The notes under the pieces were generated by a model. The model did not search any database. It had not been told where the DNA came from and worked only from the letters and a program-made list of their open reading frames with translations. DNA of 54,121 nucleotides from Gemmatimonadales bacterium (lineage in GTDB: Bacteria; Gemmatimonadota; Gemmatimonadetes; Gemmatimonadales; GWC2-71-9), in contig DASVGF010000051.1 in NCBI GenBank assembly GCA_036379675.1, forward strand, positions 1 through 54,121, written 5' to 3'. Shown here piece after piece: positions 6,825 to 14,331 of the stretch; position 1 is the first letter of the stretch; each line of letters begins with the position of its first letter. The translations under genes were made by a program, and so were the position numbers.

Positions 6825-7844
6825 ATGATCATGACCATCCTTCATCGTGCAGTCCTGCCGCTCTGCTTCATGATCTTGACCAGCTGTCCTTCACCGAGGC
6901 TCGATCCCACTCCCGTCGCCCAGCCGGAGCCAAGTCGGCACGAGGGGTATGTCGACGCCGGCGCCGGCGTAACGCTCTTTTATCGGTTGGTTGGCGACGC
7001 AAACCCGGATACGGTCATAATTCTCCATGGTGGGCCCGGATTGACGATGGAGTACTTGGCCGGCGACCTCAGACCGCTCGCGGCGCACCATACGCTCCTT
7101 TTCTACGATCAACGAGGCGCTGGCCGTTCTTCACTCGTCAGTGATTCCGCTGCCCTTGATGGACAGCGCTTCGCAGAGGACTTGGAGGCAGTACGGCAAC
7201 ATTTCGGACTCCAGACGGTGACCCTGCTCGGTCACTCGTGGGGCGCTGGGGTCGCCGCGTTGTATGCGGCCCGGTATCCCGACCGGATTGAACGCCTCCT
7301 CATCGTGGACGGGATTCCGCTGCGAGCGGAGGGGCTTGTCCAGGCCTTTCAGGAGTTGGCGGCCCGGCGAGACAGCACAACGCGGCAACAGATGGCGAAG
7401 TGGATGGAGCTTAGGCGCGCCAACCCTGGCGATGTCGCCGCATGTCACGCCTACTATGTGTTATGGTTCCGCCCGTTCGTCGTGGATCCCACCGCGTTGA
7501 GCCGCAGCCGGGGCGACTTCTGCGCGGGCACCACGGAATCTCGGCGCAACAAGATTCTCAGTGTCGACCGATACGTAGCCGCCTCGCTCGGCAGTTGGGA
7601 CTGGCGGCCGGCGCTTCGACGAGTGAACGCCCCGACGTTGATCATTCACGGAGCCGCTGATCCGCTGCCCGTCGCCAGTGCCCGTGAGTGGGCGGCTGCT
7701 CTGCCCGATGCTCGGCTCCTGTTGCTTCAAGGAGTCGGCCACTTTCCGTACCTCGAGACGCCGGATGCCTTCTTTACTGCTGTCGACACGTACTTGCGTG
7801 GCTCCTGGCCGCAGGGCGCCGAGCCCGCGAAGTCGACGCCGTAA
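6825..7844 (+). CDS. Alpha/beta hydrolase lipoprotein (proline iminopeptidase-like)
   Basis: MIMTILHRAVLPLCFMILTSC carries a lipobox. HGGPG oxyanion motif, GHSWG nucleophile elbow and C-terminal GHFP histidine motif are present. Confidence 0.85.
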   Translation: MIMTILHRAVLPLCFMILTSCPSPRLDPTPVAQPEPSRHEGYVDAGAGVTLFYRLVGDANPDTVIILHGGPGLTMEYLAGDLRPLAAHHTLLFYDQRGAGRSSLVSDSAALDGQRFAEDLEAVRQHFGLQTVTLLGHSWGAGVAALYAARYPDRIERLLIVDGIPLRAEGLVQAFQELAARRDSTTRQQMAKWMELRRANPGDVAACHAYYVLWFRPFVVDPTALSRSRGDFCAGTTESRRNKILSVDRYVAASLGSWDWRPALRRVNAPTLIIHGAADPLPVASAREWAAALPDARLLLLQGVGHFPYLETPDAFFTAVDTYLRGSWPQGAEPAKSTP

Positions 7845-7854
7845 TGTGGTCGCG

Positions 7855-7897
7855 GCCTAACCGGCGCTTGGATCTGGCGGCGCGGGTAGGATATTAC
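7855..7897 (+). repeat. attC remnant (left half plus part of loop)
   Basis: GCCTAACCGGCGCTTGGATCTGGCGGCGCGGGTAGGATATTAC parallels consensus GCCTAACCAGCGCATGCAGCTGGCGGCGC..GTTAGATAGTGAC. No right arm. Confidence 0.6.
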
Positions 7898-7914
7898 ATG
7901 ACTACTGAGCAGCA

Positions 7915-7965
7915 GCCTAACAGGCGCATGCAAGTGGCGGCGCTTCAGGTTTAAGGAACACAGGG
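7915..7965 (+). repeat. attC remnant (second left half plus loop start)
   Basis: GCCTAACAGGCGCATGCAAGTGGCGGCGCTTCAGGTTTAAGGAAC, then similarity ends. No GTTRRRY before the next ORF (a weak GTTACCG at 7989). Confidence 0.65.
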
Positions 7966-7997
7966 CGCATTTCTTTCTTGAAGGGCTGGTTACCGCT

Positions 7998-8468
7998 TTG
8001 TACCTCTGGGTCAAGCTTCTCCACGTGGCCGCGGTTGTCGCCTTCCTCGGCAATATTACTACGGGTCTCTTCTGGCATGCCCATGCCGCCCGCACTCGTG
8101 ACCCCCGGCTACTCGCGCATGCGGTCGACGGCATCATCCGGAGTGACCGCCTTTTCACCATTCCGGGTGTCATCGTGATCATCGTAACCGGTGCCGTTGC
8201 AGCGGTTATCGGTGGGTTTCCGATCCTGCGGACTCCTTGGATCCTGTGGTCCTTGGTGCTGTTCGCCGTGTCGGGGCTGGTTTTCGTGTTGCGCGTCGCG
8301 CCCCTCCAGGTCCAGCTCCGAGCTCTTGCGCAGGCTGGGGTTGAACCGGGCGTATGGGATTGGGAACGCTACAAGCGCCTGGCGCGCACCTGGGAGCTGT
8401 GGGGCGCTGTTGCGTTGCTTACGCCCATGGCTGCCCTGGTCCTGATGGTACTCAAGCCGAGCTTCTAG
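7998..8468 (+). CDS. DUF2269-like integral membrane protein
   Basis: 156 aa, four hydrophobic helices. N-terminal LWVKLLHVAAVVAFLGN pattern as in DUF2269. TTG start. Confidence 0.55.
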   Translation: MYLWVKLLHVAAVVAFLGNITTGLFWHAHAARTRDPRLLAHAVDGIIRSDRLFTIPGVIVIIVTGAVAAVIGGFPILRTPWILWSLVLFAVSGLVFVLRVAPLQVQLRALAQAGVEPGVWDWERYKRLARTWELWGAVALLTPMAALVLMVLKPSF

Positions 8469-8483
8469 GAGTGCGCGCCAGGT

Positions 8484-8584
8484 GCCTAACAAGGGCATGC
8501 AGCTGGCGGTCGCTTCAGATCAAAGGAACGTCGGATAGTGTGCATGCGGCCAAGTCGCCGCAGCTGATGTGCGGTCCGTTCGGC
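8484..8584 (+). repeat. attC site, type A (101 bp), R' GTTCGGC
   Basis: R'' GCCTAAC 8484-8490, R' GTTCGGC 8578-8584. Loop CAGATCAAAGGAACGTCGGATAGTG. Confidence 0.88.
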
Positions 8585-8755
8585 AGCGTCGGAGATCAAA
8601 CAGCATCGCTTTGCGTCGGCAGAGCCACAAAGCTGTCGCATCTCAGACAGGTTCCACCCCATTCCCATTTCCGGGTCGGGCGCTACGTTCTTTTTATCCC
8701 CACACACGATCCAGTTACCGGTGCCGCCGACCGGAACCGGCCAGTAGGAGGTCCT

Positions 8756-9871
8756 ATGAAGCCCGCTATGCCCTACCGGGTTCTTGCCCTCTCGCTCCTT
8801 GCGCTGCTGCTGGCGATCCGGCCGGGTGCCGCACAGGGCCGGCTCGCCCTTGGAGTCGCAGCTGGTCCCTCGCCCTATGATCTCGCGGGCACCGGTACCG
8901 GCACCTCCGGAGCCGCGCTCCTGGCCTGGCGGCCGGTCCGCGGTCTGGTGGTGGAGCCCGGCGTTACGGTCTTCAGCTATGTCAGCCAGTTCGGCACACG
9001 CACCAGCCTCCTCTTTCCCGAGCTCAGCGTCCAGGGGGAGCTGGTGCGCGGTTCTTTTCGTCCTTTTATCGGCGGCGGAGCTGGCTCCTCGTTCGGTCTC
9101 CAAGGCGAAGGTGAAATAGCCCTGACACTGCACGCGGTGGGCGGCGCGCGCGTCGACCTCAGCGATGCATGGTCTCTGCTCGGCGAGATGAGGATACGGG
9201 CGGTTCGTCCCTGGACCGGGAACACAGTCGATTTCCTGTTCGGTGTCAGCCGACGGCTTCAGCAGTTCGTGGGGAGACCCGCCGGCCCGACCTATCTTCC
9301 TGCTGTGCCGGTGGACCGTTCCCCAGTGGACCCAGGTCGGTTCGAGCTGGCAGGGCACCTGGGCGTGCATGTGGACCGGCCTGCGGAGGCCGATCGGGTG
9401 GTCACCGACAGAGGTGCGGCGATGTACGCCACAGCGGGTGAGGCGAGCGCCTTCTCGGCACGGCTGGGGTACTGGCTACGTCCCGCACTGGGCCTTCAGT
9501 TTGGTGTGAGTCACTCCTCCAACGCGGCCTGGGAGGGCTCGACGCCGATTCCTCCTCCTGGTTTCGCCAACCGCACCACGTACCTGAGCGCCCGCGGCGT
9601 GGTTCGCACATCGCCGGTGCGGCCCCTGCATCTGTTCGCCGCGGCGGGGCCCGCTCTCATGCTGTATGGCGGGACGGGCGAGAATCTCCGGACCAGAGAT
9701 GCGGATCTGGGTGGTGTACTGGACGTAGGCGCTCGACTGCGCATGACCCCCTGGCTAGGGGTAGAGCTGGCATTGAGCAATTACTTCTACGGCTCACAGT
9801 ATCGGGACGAAGGGAGTGTTTTCCGGCACGACCTGCTGATCTTGCCGGGGCTGGTCTTCTCTTGGAACTAG
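8756..9871 (+). CDS. Exported protein, two outer-membrane beta-barrel-like modules
   Basis: GGAGG RBS 8745-8749, ATG 8756, signal peptide MKPAMPYRVLALSLLALLLAIRPGAAQ. Alternating hydrophobic beta-strand pattern. The upstream 134 aa of the track ORF run through attC and are rejected. Confidence 0.65.
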   Translation: MKPAMPYRVLALSLLALLLAIRPGAAQGRLALGVAAGPSPYDLAGTGTGTSGAALLAWRPVRGLVVEPGVTVFSYVSQFGTRTSLLFPELSVQGELVRGSFRPFIGGGAGSSFGLQGEGEIALTLHAVGGARVDLSDAWSLLGEMRIRAVRPWTGNTVDFLFGVSRRLQQFVGRPAGPTYLPAVPVDRSPVDPGRFELAGHLGVHVDRPAEADRVVTDRGAAMYATAGEASAFSARLGYWLRPALGLQFGVSHSSNAAWEGSTPIPPPGFANRTTYLSARGVVRTSPVRPLHLFAAAGPALMLYGGTGENLRTRDADLGGVLDVGARLRMTPWLGVELALSNYFYGSQYRDEGSVFRHDLLILPGLVFSWN

Positions 9872-9921
9872 AGCGCAACGTCTCCTGCGCGTCCAGCTAA
9901 AGTCGTGTGATCGCTGCCGCT

Positions 9922-10023
9922 GCCTGACAAGCGCATGCATCCGATGGCGCGTCACCTCCAAAGGAAGGATAGGATTGTGCCCAAGCGGAGAAGCCGCCGC
10001 AGCTGATGCGCGGTCCGTTAGGC
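9922..10023 (+). repeat. attC site, type A (102 bp), R'' GCCTGAC
   Basis: R'' GCCTGAC 9922-9928, R' GTTAGGC 10017-10023, arms AAGCGCATGCATCCGATGG / GCCGCCGCAGCTGATGCGCGGTCC. Confidence 0.88.
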
Positions 10024-10047
10024 CGATCGCACGATTGAGGAGGAAGC

Positions 10048-10419
10048 TTGACTTCAGCCCCGTCGTCTCCATGCGGCCCGCTCGCGGTGCTGTTCCTACT
10101 GCTGACCGGCTGCTACACCTGGCAACCGTACGAGCACGGACCACTGCTGATAGCGGGTGAGTCCCTACCACACAATCTGCGAGCCACACGACGCGACAGT
10201 ACTCAGGTCACTGTAACTGCACCCTTCCTTCGGTCGGATACCCTCTTCGGGCATCTCGACGGGGATACTGTTGCGGTTCCTGTTCCCGATATTGCTAGAG
10301 TGCAGCGGCTGGGCTTTAGCACCGTACGGACCTTGGGACTAGTGCTCGTCCCGGCTGCGGCTTTGGGGTTGACATATCTGATCGTCTGTGGGGAGCGTGG
10401 CTGCGAGCCACAGTACTGA
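10048..10419 (+). CDS. Lipoprotein with C-terminal TM helix; paralog of 16634-16978
   Basis: LLLTGC lipobox. Shares CYTWQPY, PFLRSDTLFG, DTV.VP and RTLGL motifs with the ORF downstream of lspA. TTG start. Confidence 0.7.
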   Translation: MTSAPSSPCGPLAVLFLLLTGCYTWQPYEHGPLLIAGESLPHNLRATRRDSTQVTVTAPFLRSDTLFGHLDGDTVAVPVPDIARVQRLGFSTVRTLGLVLVPAAALGLTYLIVCGERGCEPQY

Positions 10420-10430
10420 CTGTGGCAACG

Positions 10431-10530
10431 GCCTAACCAGCGCATGCAGCTGGCGGCGCTTTAGGTCTAAGGAACGTTAGATAGTGACAGTACTTAGAAG
10501 TCGCCGCAGCTCATGCGCGGTCCGTTAGGC
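10431..10530 (+). repeat. attC site, type A (100 bp), closest to consensus
   Basis: R'' GCCTAAC 10431-10437, R' GTTAGGC 10524-10530. Loop TTTAGGTCTAAGGAACGTTAGATAGTG 10460-10486. Confidence 0.92.
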
Positions 10531-10576
10531 TGCACGAGCAGCTGTCCGCCACTTTAACCTGAGCGGGGCCTCGGCA

Positions 10577-11035
10577 ATGATGCGCCTCAACTCTCGTGGC
10601 AGGAGCGGCCTTATCGTTTTAGCCCTTCTCCTTGCCTGTGGCGACTCGCCCTATGAACCGACACCGGGGCAGCTCGTCGGCGAGTTTAGCGGCCGGGCTG
10701 GCCAGGACTTGCAGACTTACGACCTCTTCCTTGCCATCGACGAGGTTGCCGACTCAGTGCGGGGGCTGTGGAGTCTCGCCTTCGTGACAACCTGTGCGAC
10801 CCACGACGGTCCGTTGAGCGGGACGCTGCATGGCGACCAGCTCCGGCTGCGCCTGCGACCGGACGAGGCGTACGAGGCCACCTTCGACCTGACCGTGCGC
10901 GTGCTTCCTGGCGATAGCGTACTGAGCGGAGGCTTGACTGTGGTGGCGGTGGGCACCGAACCCCTCTGCTTTGACGACTTCGCGTCGATCAGACTGCATC
11001 AGGGTGAGGTGGACGGTCTGCCGCTTGGGCGCTGA
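10577..11035 (+). CDS. Lipoprotein of unknown function
   Basis: MMRLNSRGRSGLIVLALLLAC has a positively charged n-region and LLAC lipobox. Confidence 0.65.
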   Translation: MMRLNSRGRSGLIVLALLLACGDSPYEPTPGQLVGEFSGRAGQDLQTYDLFLAIDEVADSVRGLWSLAFVTTCATHDGPLSGTLHGDQLRLRLRPDEAYEATFDLTVRVLPGDSVLSGGLTVVAVGTEPLCFDDFASIRLHQGEVDGLPLGR

Positions 11036-11046
11036 GGCTGTGTGCA

Positions 11047-11144
11047 GCCCAACAAGCGCATGCAGCCGACGGCCGTTCAGGTTCAAGGGAACGTTGGATT
11101 GTCCGCAGTCGAAAAGTCGTCGTAGCTGATGCGGTCCGTTTGAC
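11047..11144 (+). repeat. attC site, type A (98 bp), R'' GCCCAAC / R' GTTTGAC
   Basis: GCCCAAC 11047-11053, GTTTGAC 11138-11144. Arms AAGCGCATGCAGCCGACGG / GTCGTCGTAGCTGATGCGGTCC. Confidence 0.82.
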
Positions 11145-11155
11145 GCCAGGGAGAC

Positions 11156-11596
11156 GTGATGACGGTCAAACGCATGGACAACGTCGGTATCGTGGTCGAA
11201 GACCTCGATGCTGCCATTGAGTTTTTCACCGCGCTGGGCCTCGAGCTTGAGGGGCGTGCCCCGATCGAAGGAGACTGGGCCGATGGCGTCACTGGGTTGC
11301 GCAACATGCGGGTCGAGATTGCCATGCTGCGTACGCCCGACGGTCACGGCCGGCTTGAGATGTCCCGATTCTTCGCACCGCCTGTGGCCGCCGATCACCG
11401 CAGCGCCCCGGTGAACGCTCTCGGTTACTTGCGCGTCATGTTTACTGTGGAGGACATCGACGATACGCTCGCCCGGCTCGGCCCACGGGGCGCGAAGCTC
11501 GTCGGCAAAGTGGTCCGGTACCAAGACACCTATCGGCTCTGCTACATCCGGGGCCCCGAGGGAATCCTCATCGGGCTGGCCCAAGAGCTTCGATAG
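11156..11596 (+). CDS. VOC family protein (glyoxalase/bleomycin-resistance/dioxygenase fold)
   Basis: MDNVGIVVEDLDAAIEFFTALGLEL ... GYLRVMFTVEDIDDTLARL ... YIRGPEGILIGLAQ shows two beta-alpha-beta-beta-beta modules typical of VOC proteins. Confidence 0.8.
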   Translation: MMTVKRMDNVGIVVEDLDAAIEFFTALGLELEGRAPIEGDWADGVTGLRNMRVEIAMLRTPDGHGRLEMSRFFAPPVAADHRSAPVNALGYLRVMFTVEDIDDTLARLGPRGAKLVGKVVRYQDTYRLCYIRGPEGILIGLAQELR

Positions 11597-11622
11597 CCAT
11601 GGGCGGTGAATAGGAGCAGAAC

Positions 11623-12105
11623 GTGCATCGCTGGTGGGCCGTAGCTCTCGTGATCATCCTCTACCCGCCAGCGGCATCGCTTGCTGGTCAGGAACCCCAT
11701 GTCGCACCTAACGCTCCCTCGGACCGGCCTGTTCGCGTGACCGAGCAGGAACAACGACAGCGGCTCGAGGCCGCTTTGACGCCGTACGTCGCACAGGCTC
11801 GAGCGACCTTTCCTAACGCCAAGGCTCGCTATCTCCGAGGACTTCCAGCAGGCCAGAGTTTCTTCGTAACCATCAAGCTCCGCGACCAGGCGGGGCGTAG
11901 CGAAATGGTCTTCCTCGCGGTAGACAGTCTGGCTCGAGACATCTTTGGCCGAATCTGGAACCAGATCCACGTGGTCCACGGCTACCGGTTGCGTGATCGG
12001 CATGCGGTGGCCGAGCACGAGGTTCTGGATTGGCTCATCACGAAGCCGGACGGCTCGGAGGAGGGGAATGTGGTGGGGAAGTTTCTGGACACCTACCGGC
12101 CATAA
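11623..12105 (+). CDS. Exported protein, DUF2314-like
   Basis: Signal-like N-terminus MHRWWAVALVIILYPPAASLAGQ. FFVTIKL....E.VFLAVD....IFGRIWN......GYRLRD......EVLDW resembles DUF2314. No attC separates it from the VOC gene. Confidence 0.45.
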   Translation: MHRWWAVALVIILYPPAASLAGQEPHVAPNAPSDRPVRVTEQEQRQRLEAALTPYVAQARATFPNAKARYLRGLPAGQSFFVTIKLRDQAGRSEMVFLAVDSLARDIFGRIWNQIHVVHGYRLRDRHAVAEHEVLDWLITKPDGSEEGNVVGKFLDTYRP

Positions 12106-12127
12106 GTGCGCGGGCAGATGGCTTGCA

Positions 12128-12160
12128 GCCTCACAAAGGCATGCGGCTGACGCTTCAAGG
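12128..12160 (+). repeat. attC remnant (left half only)
   Basis: GCCTCACAAAGGCATGCGGCTGACGCTTCAAGG compared with GCCTAACAAGCGCATGCAGCTGGCGGCGCTTCAGG. Right arm absent. Confidence 0.6.
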
Positions 12161-12178
12161 CGAAGGAGTGGGCCTCAG

Positions 12179-12625
12179 ATGATTCTTCCACTTGGAGGCG
12201 GGGCGAAACTGGTCAGGCTTCTGCCGCCCGGCATTGTCGCTGTTACGATTCTTGCGTGTTCGGATTCGCCCTCGGAGCCGAGGTTCGAGCCCTGCCCTGG
12301 CGAGGCGGTGACGATGGAGGTCAGCGCCGGGCTGACACCACTGTTTACGTGGACCCCTGCCTGTGGCATGGCGTTCCTCGAAGTCTATCCTGCCGCCGGC
12401 GGCAGCGCCCTGTGGACAGTCTATGCGGAGTCGGGTGCGGGTCCGGAGAATCCAATCCCTTCGGGTGTTCGGTACGGTACCACCCCATTGCGTGGTCATA
12501 CGGTCGCCGGGCCCCAGCCGCTGCAAGCAGGCGACTCATATCGCGCTCGCGTCAGTCGCATGCTCTGTGACCAAGGGGCGCTCTGCACTCTCCAGCACGC
12601 GGGTGACGCGTCCTTTCAGCCGTAG
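12179..12625 (+). CDS. Lipoprotein of unknown function
   Basis: ATG 12179 gives MILPLGGGAKLVRLLPPGIVAVTILACSDS (lipobox ILAC). The longer track ORF from 11945 overlaps the previous gene and the attC remnant. Confidence 0.6.
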   Translation: MILPLGGGAKLVRLLPPGIVAVTILACSDSPSEPRFEPCPGEAVTMEVSAGLTPLFTWTPACGMAFLEVYPAAGGSALWTVYAESGAGPENPIPSGVRYGTTPLRGHTVAGPQPLQAGDSYRARVSRMLCDQGALCTLQHAGDASFQP

Positions 12626-12643
12626 TCCACCAGGCCCTGGTGC

Positions 12644-12683
12644 GCCTCACAGGCTGCTGCAGCTGGCGGACGGCCCGTTAGCC
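12644..12683 (+). repeat. attC site with internal deletion (40 bp)
   Basis: GCCTCAC 12644-12650 + AGGCTGCTGCAGCTGGCGGACGGCCC + GTTAGCC 12677-12683. Left and right arms are fused at the shared GCAGCTG and the loop is missing. Confidence 0.6.
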
Positions 12684-12691
12684 CGTTCGTC

Positions 12692-13363
12692 TTGACAGTA
12701 TCGGGGCAGCTCCACCAATTGGACCACGATCAGGAGCCGACGACTGCGGTACGCCATTATAACCCTCGATGCTGTCCGGGATTCCAAGTGGAGGACCTTC
12801 GCTACGAGCTGAGCGCGCGCGATGAAATCTCCTTTGTCAATGAGGAATGGTTTCGTTTCGCCCGGGCCAACGACGGAGAGTCTCTTCGCGCCGGCCAGAT
12901 CCTGGGTCGCCCCCTGTGGGATTTCATCGGTGACATGGAGACCCGACAGATTTACCGTCTCCTCCACCGGCGCGTGCGGGAGAACGGCACGCCGGTGCGG
13001 CTCTGCTTCCGATGTGACGCCCCTGACCGGCGCCGGCTCCTAGAGCTCGACATCTCCGCAGGGCCGGAACGCGGGTTGATCTACCGCGTCCGCACCTTGG
13101 GGGAACGAGAACGTCAACCAGTGCCGCTCCTGGAACCACAACGTCCACGCTCAGAGCATTTTGTGACCATCTGCGCGTGGTGCGAGCGAATCGCAGTGCC
13201 GCCTCACGGGTGGCTGGAGATTGAGTCGGCCATCGCGGTGCTGCCGCTGCTGGCCGAGCCCCGTCCCCCGCAGCTGACCCATGGCGTCTGCGAGGTGTGC
13301 GTTCAAGCTCTTCACGCCGCGCTCGGCGAAGAGCCCGTTAGGGCCGTGTTGGGTCAACTGTAG
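12692..13363 (+). CDS. PAS-like protein with C-terminal Cys-rich motif (CAWC...HGVCEVC)
   Basis: ISFVNEEWFRFARANDGE...GRPLWDFI resembles a PAS core. C-terminus is ICAWCERI....GWLE....THGVCEVC. Start uncertain (TTG 12692 or GTG 12788). Confidence 0.5.
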   Translation: MTVSGQLHQLDHDQEPTTAVRHYNPRCCPGFQVEDLRYELSARDEISFVNEEWFRFARANDGESLRAGQILGRPLWDFIGDMETRQIYRLLHRRVRENGTPVRLCFRCDAPDRRRLLELDISAGPERGLIYRVRTLGERERQPVPLLEPQRPRSEHFVTICAWCERIAVPPHGWLEIESAIAVLPLLAEPRPPQLTHGVCEVCVQALHAALGEEPVRAVLGQL

Positions 13364-13365
13364 TC

Positions 13366-13419
13366 CGAAGTGAGAAGCGGCTCAGGAAGTCGCCGCCGCT
13401 GATGCGCGGCCCGTTCAGG
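13366..13419 (+). repeat. attC remnant (loop end plus right half)
   Basis: AAGTCGCCGCCGCTGATGCGCGGCCCGTTCAGG matches the consensus right arm, with R' GTTCAGG at 13413-13419. No R''/left arm. Confidence 0.65.
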
Positions 13420-13468
13420 CCGACCACGGAAGGAGAAGGCGATCACTGTCAGCGCGGCTGCTCCCGGC

Positions 13469-14164
13469 GTGCGGGCGTGTGTCTTTGACGCCTACGGCAC
13501 GCTACTTGACTTGGCCTCTGCGGTAGACCCCCACAGAGCAGCGCTGGGCGAGACGGCACCCCGGCTCCTTGCGCTCTGGCGGGCGAAGCAGCTGGAGTAC
13601 ACCTGGCTGCGCACCCTTATGGAACGCCACGCCGACTTCGCCCGGGTGACCGAGGAGGCGCTGGAGTACGCCTGTGCGGCGCTCGACATCCGGGACTTGC
13701 CGCTGCGCCGCAGCCTCCTGACAGGCTTCCTCGAGCTGGCCGCCTATCCCGATGCAGCGCAGATGCTCCGGCGCCTGCGGGCGAGAGGGCTGCGCACCGC
13801 GGTGCTCTCGAACGGCACGCCTGCCATGCTCGAGCAAGCCTTGACGCAGGCGGGCCTCGCCCCGTTGCTCGACAGCGTGCTCTCCGTCGAGACCGTCGGG
13901 TTCTACAAGCCGAGTCCTCGCGTCTATCACTTCGCTGCCGAGACGCTCGAGCTCGAGATCGGGGCGCTGTTGTTCGTCAGTGCCAATGCGTGGGATGCGG
14001 CTGGCGCGGCGAGCGCGGGGCTGCGGGCAGTCTGGGTCAACCGCGCCGGTGCGCCGGCCGAGCGACTCCCAGCAGGCCCGGCGTTCACCCTGCGAACGCT
14101 GGGTGAGGTGCCTGCCCTTCTCGGCGGGGGCCCGGAGGGGCCGCCGGGGCCTGTGGCGGCCTAG
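13469..14164 (+). CDS. Haloacid dehalogenase type II (HAD superfamily)
   Basis: FDAYGTLLD nucleophile motif, WR.KQLEYTWLR, LSNG, FYKP and SANAWDAAGA motifs characteristic of L-2-haloacid dehalogenases. TAG stop 14162-14164 lies inside GCCTAGC. Confidence 0.85.
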   Translation: MRACVFDAYGTLLDLASAVDPHRAALGETAPRLLALWRAKQLEYTWLRTLMERHADFARVTEEALEYACAALDIRDLPLRRSLLTGFLELAAYPDAAQMLRRLRARGLRTAVLSNGTPAMLEQALTQAGLAPLLDSVLSVETVGFYKPSPRVYHFAAETLELEIGALLFVSANAWDAAGAASAGLRAVWVNRAGAPAERLPAGPAFTLRTLGEVPALLGGGPEGPPGPVAA

Positions 14165-14241
14165 CCCACGCATGCTTCCGACGGCGCTTTGGTTACTTAG
14201 GATCGGAGGATAGCGCGCAGGGTCAGACGAATGACTAAGGC
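14159..14241 (+). repeat. Degenerate attC (R'' GCCTAGC, R' position CTAAGGC)
   Basis: Left arm CCACGCATGCTTCCGACGGCGCTTTGG and loop TTAGGATCGGAGGATAGCG are recognisable. The right arm is eroded and GTT is replaced by CTA. Confidence 0.55.
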
Positions 14242-14331
14242 CTAGACCGGCCGGAGCTCACGGGCGCTCTACTTTGAGGAAGCACTGACGCGCGATCGTC
14301 AGGCCGACGCGACGATACTGGCGGAGGGGTA

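Noticed and set aside
8354-8755. N-terminal extensions of track ORFs that run through attC sites or upstream genes (8354-9871, 11945-12625, 14639-15496, 29762-30547, 16939-17391, 19888-20763).
   Set aside because: The extensions cross recognisable attC sites or neighbouring genes. Internal starts with an RBS and signal peptides or conserved N-termini give sensible proteins.
10484-10528. Tiny ORFs starting at the conserved GTG of the attC loop (AAGGAACGTTAGATAGTG…).
   Set aside because: Reading frame and length after the GTG differ between attC copies (for example 1777 versus 10484), so there is no conserved peptide.
13330-13345. GTTAGGG inside the 3' end of the PAS-like ORF (CCCGTTAGGGCC), considered as an R' box.
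   Set aside because: No adjacent arm similarity. The real right-arm remnant lies downstream at 13387-13419.
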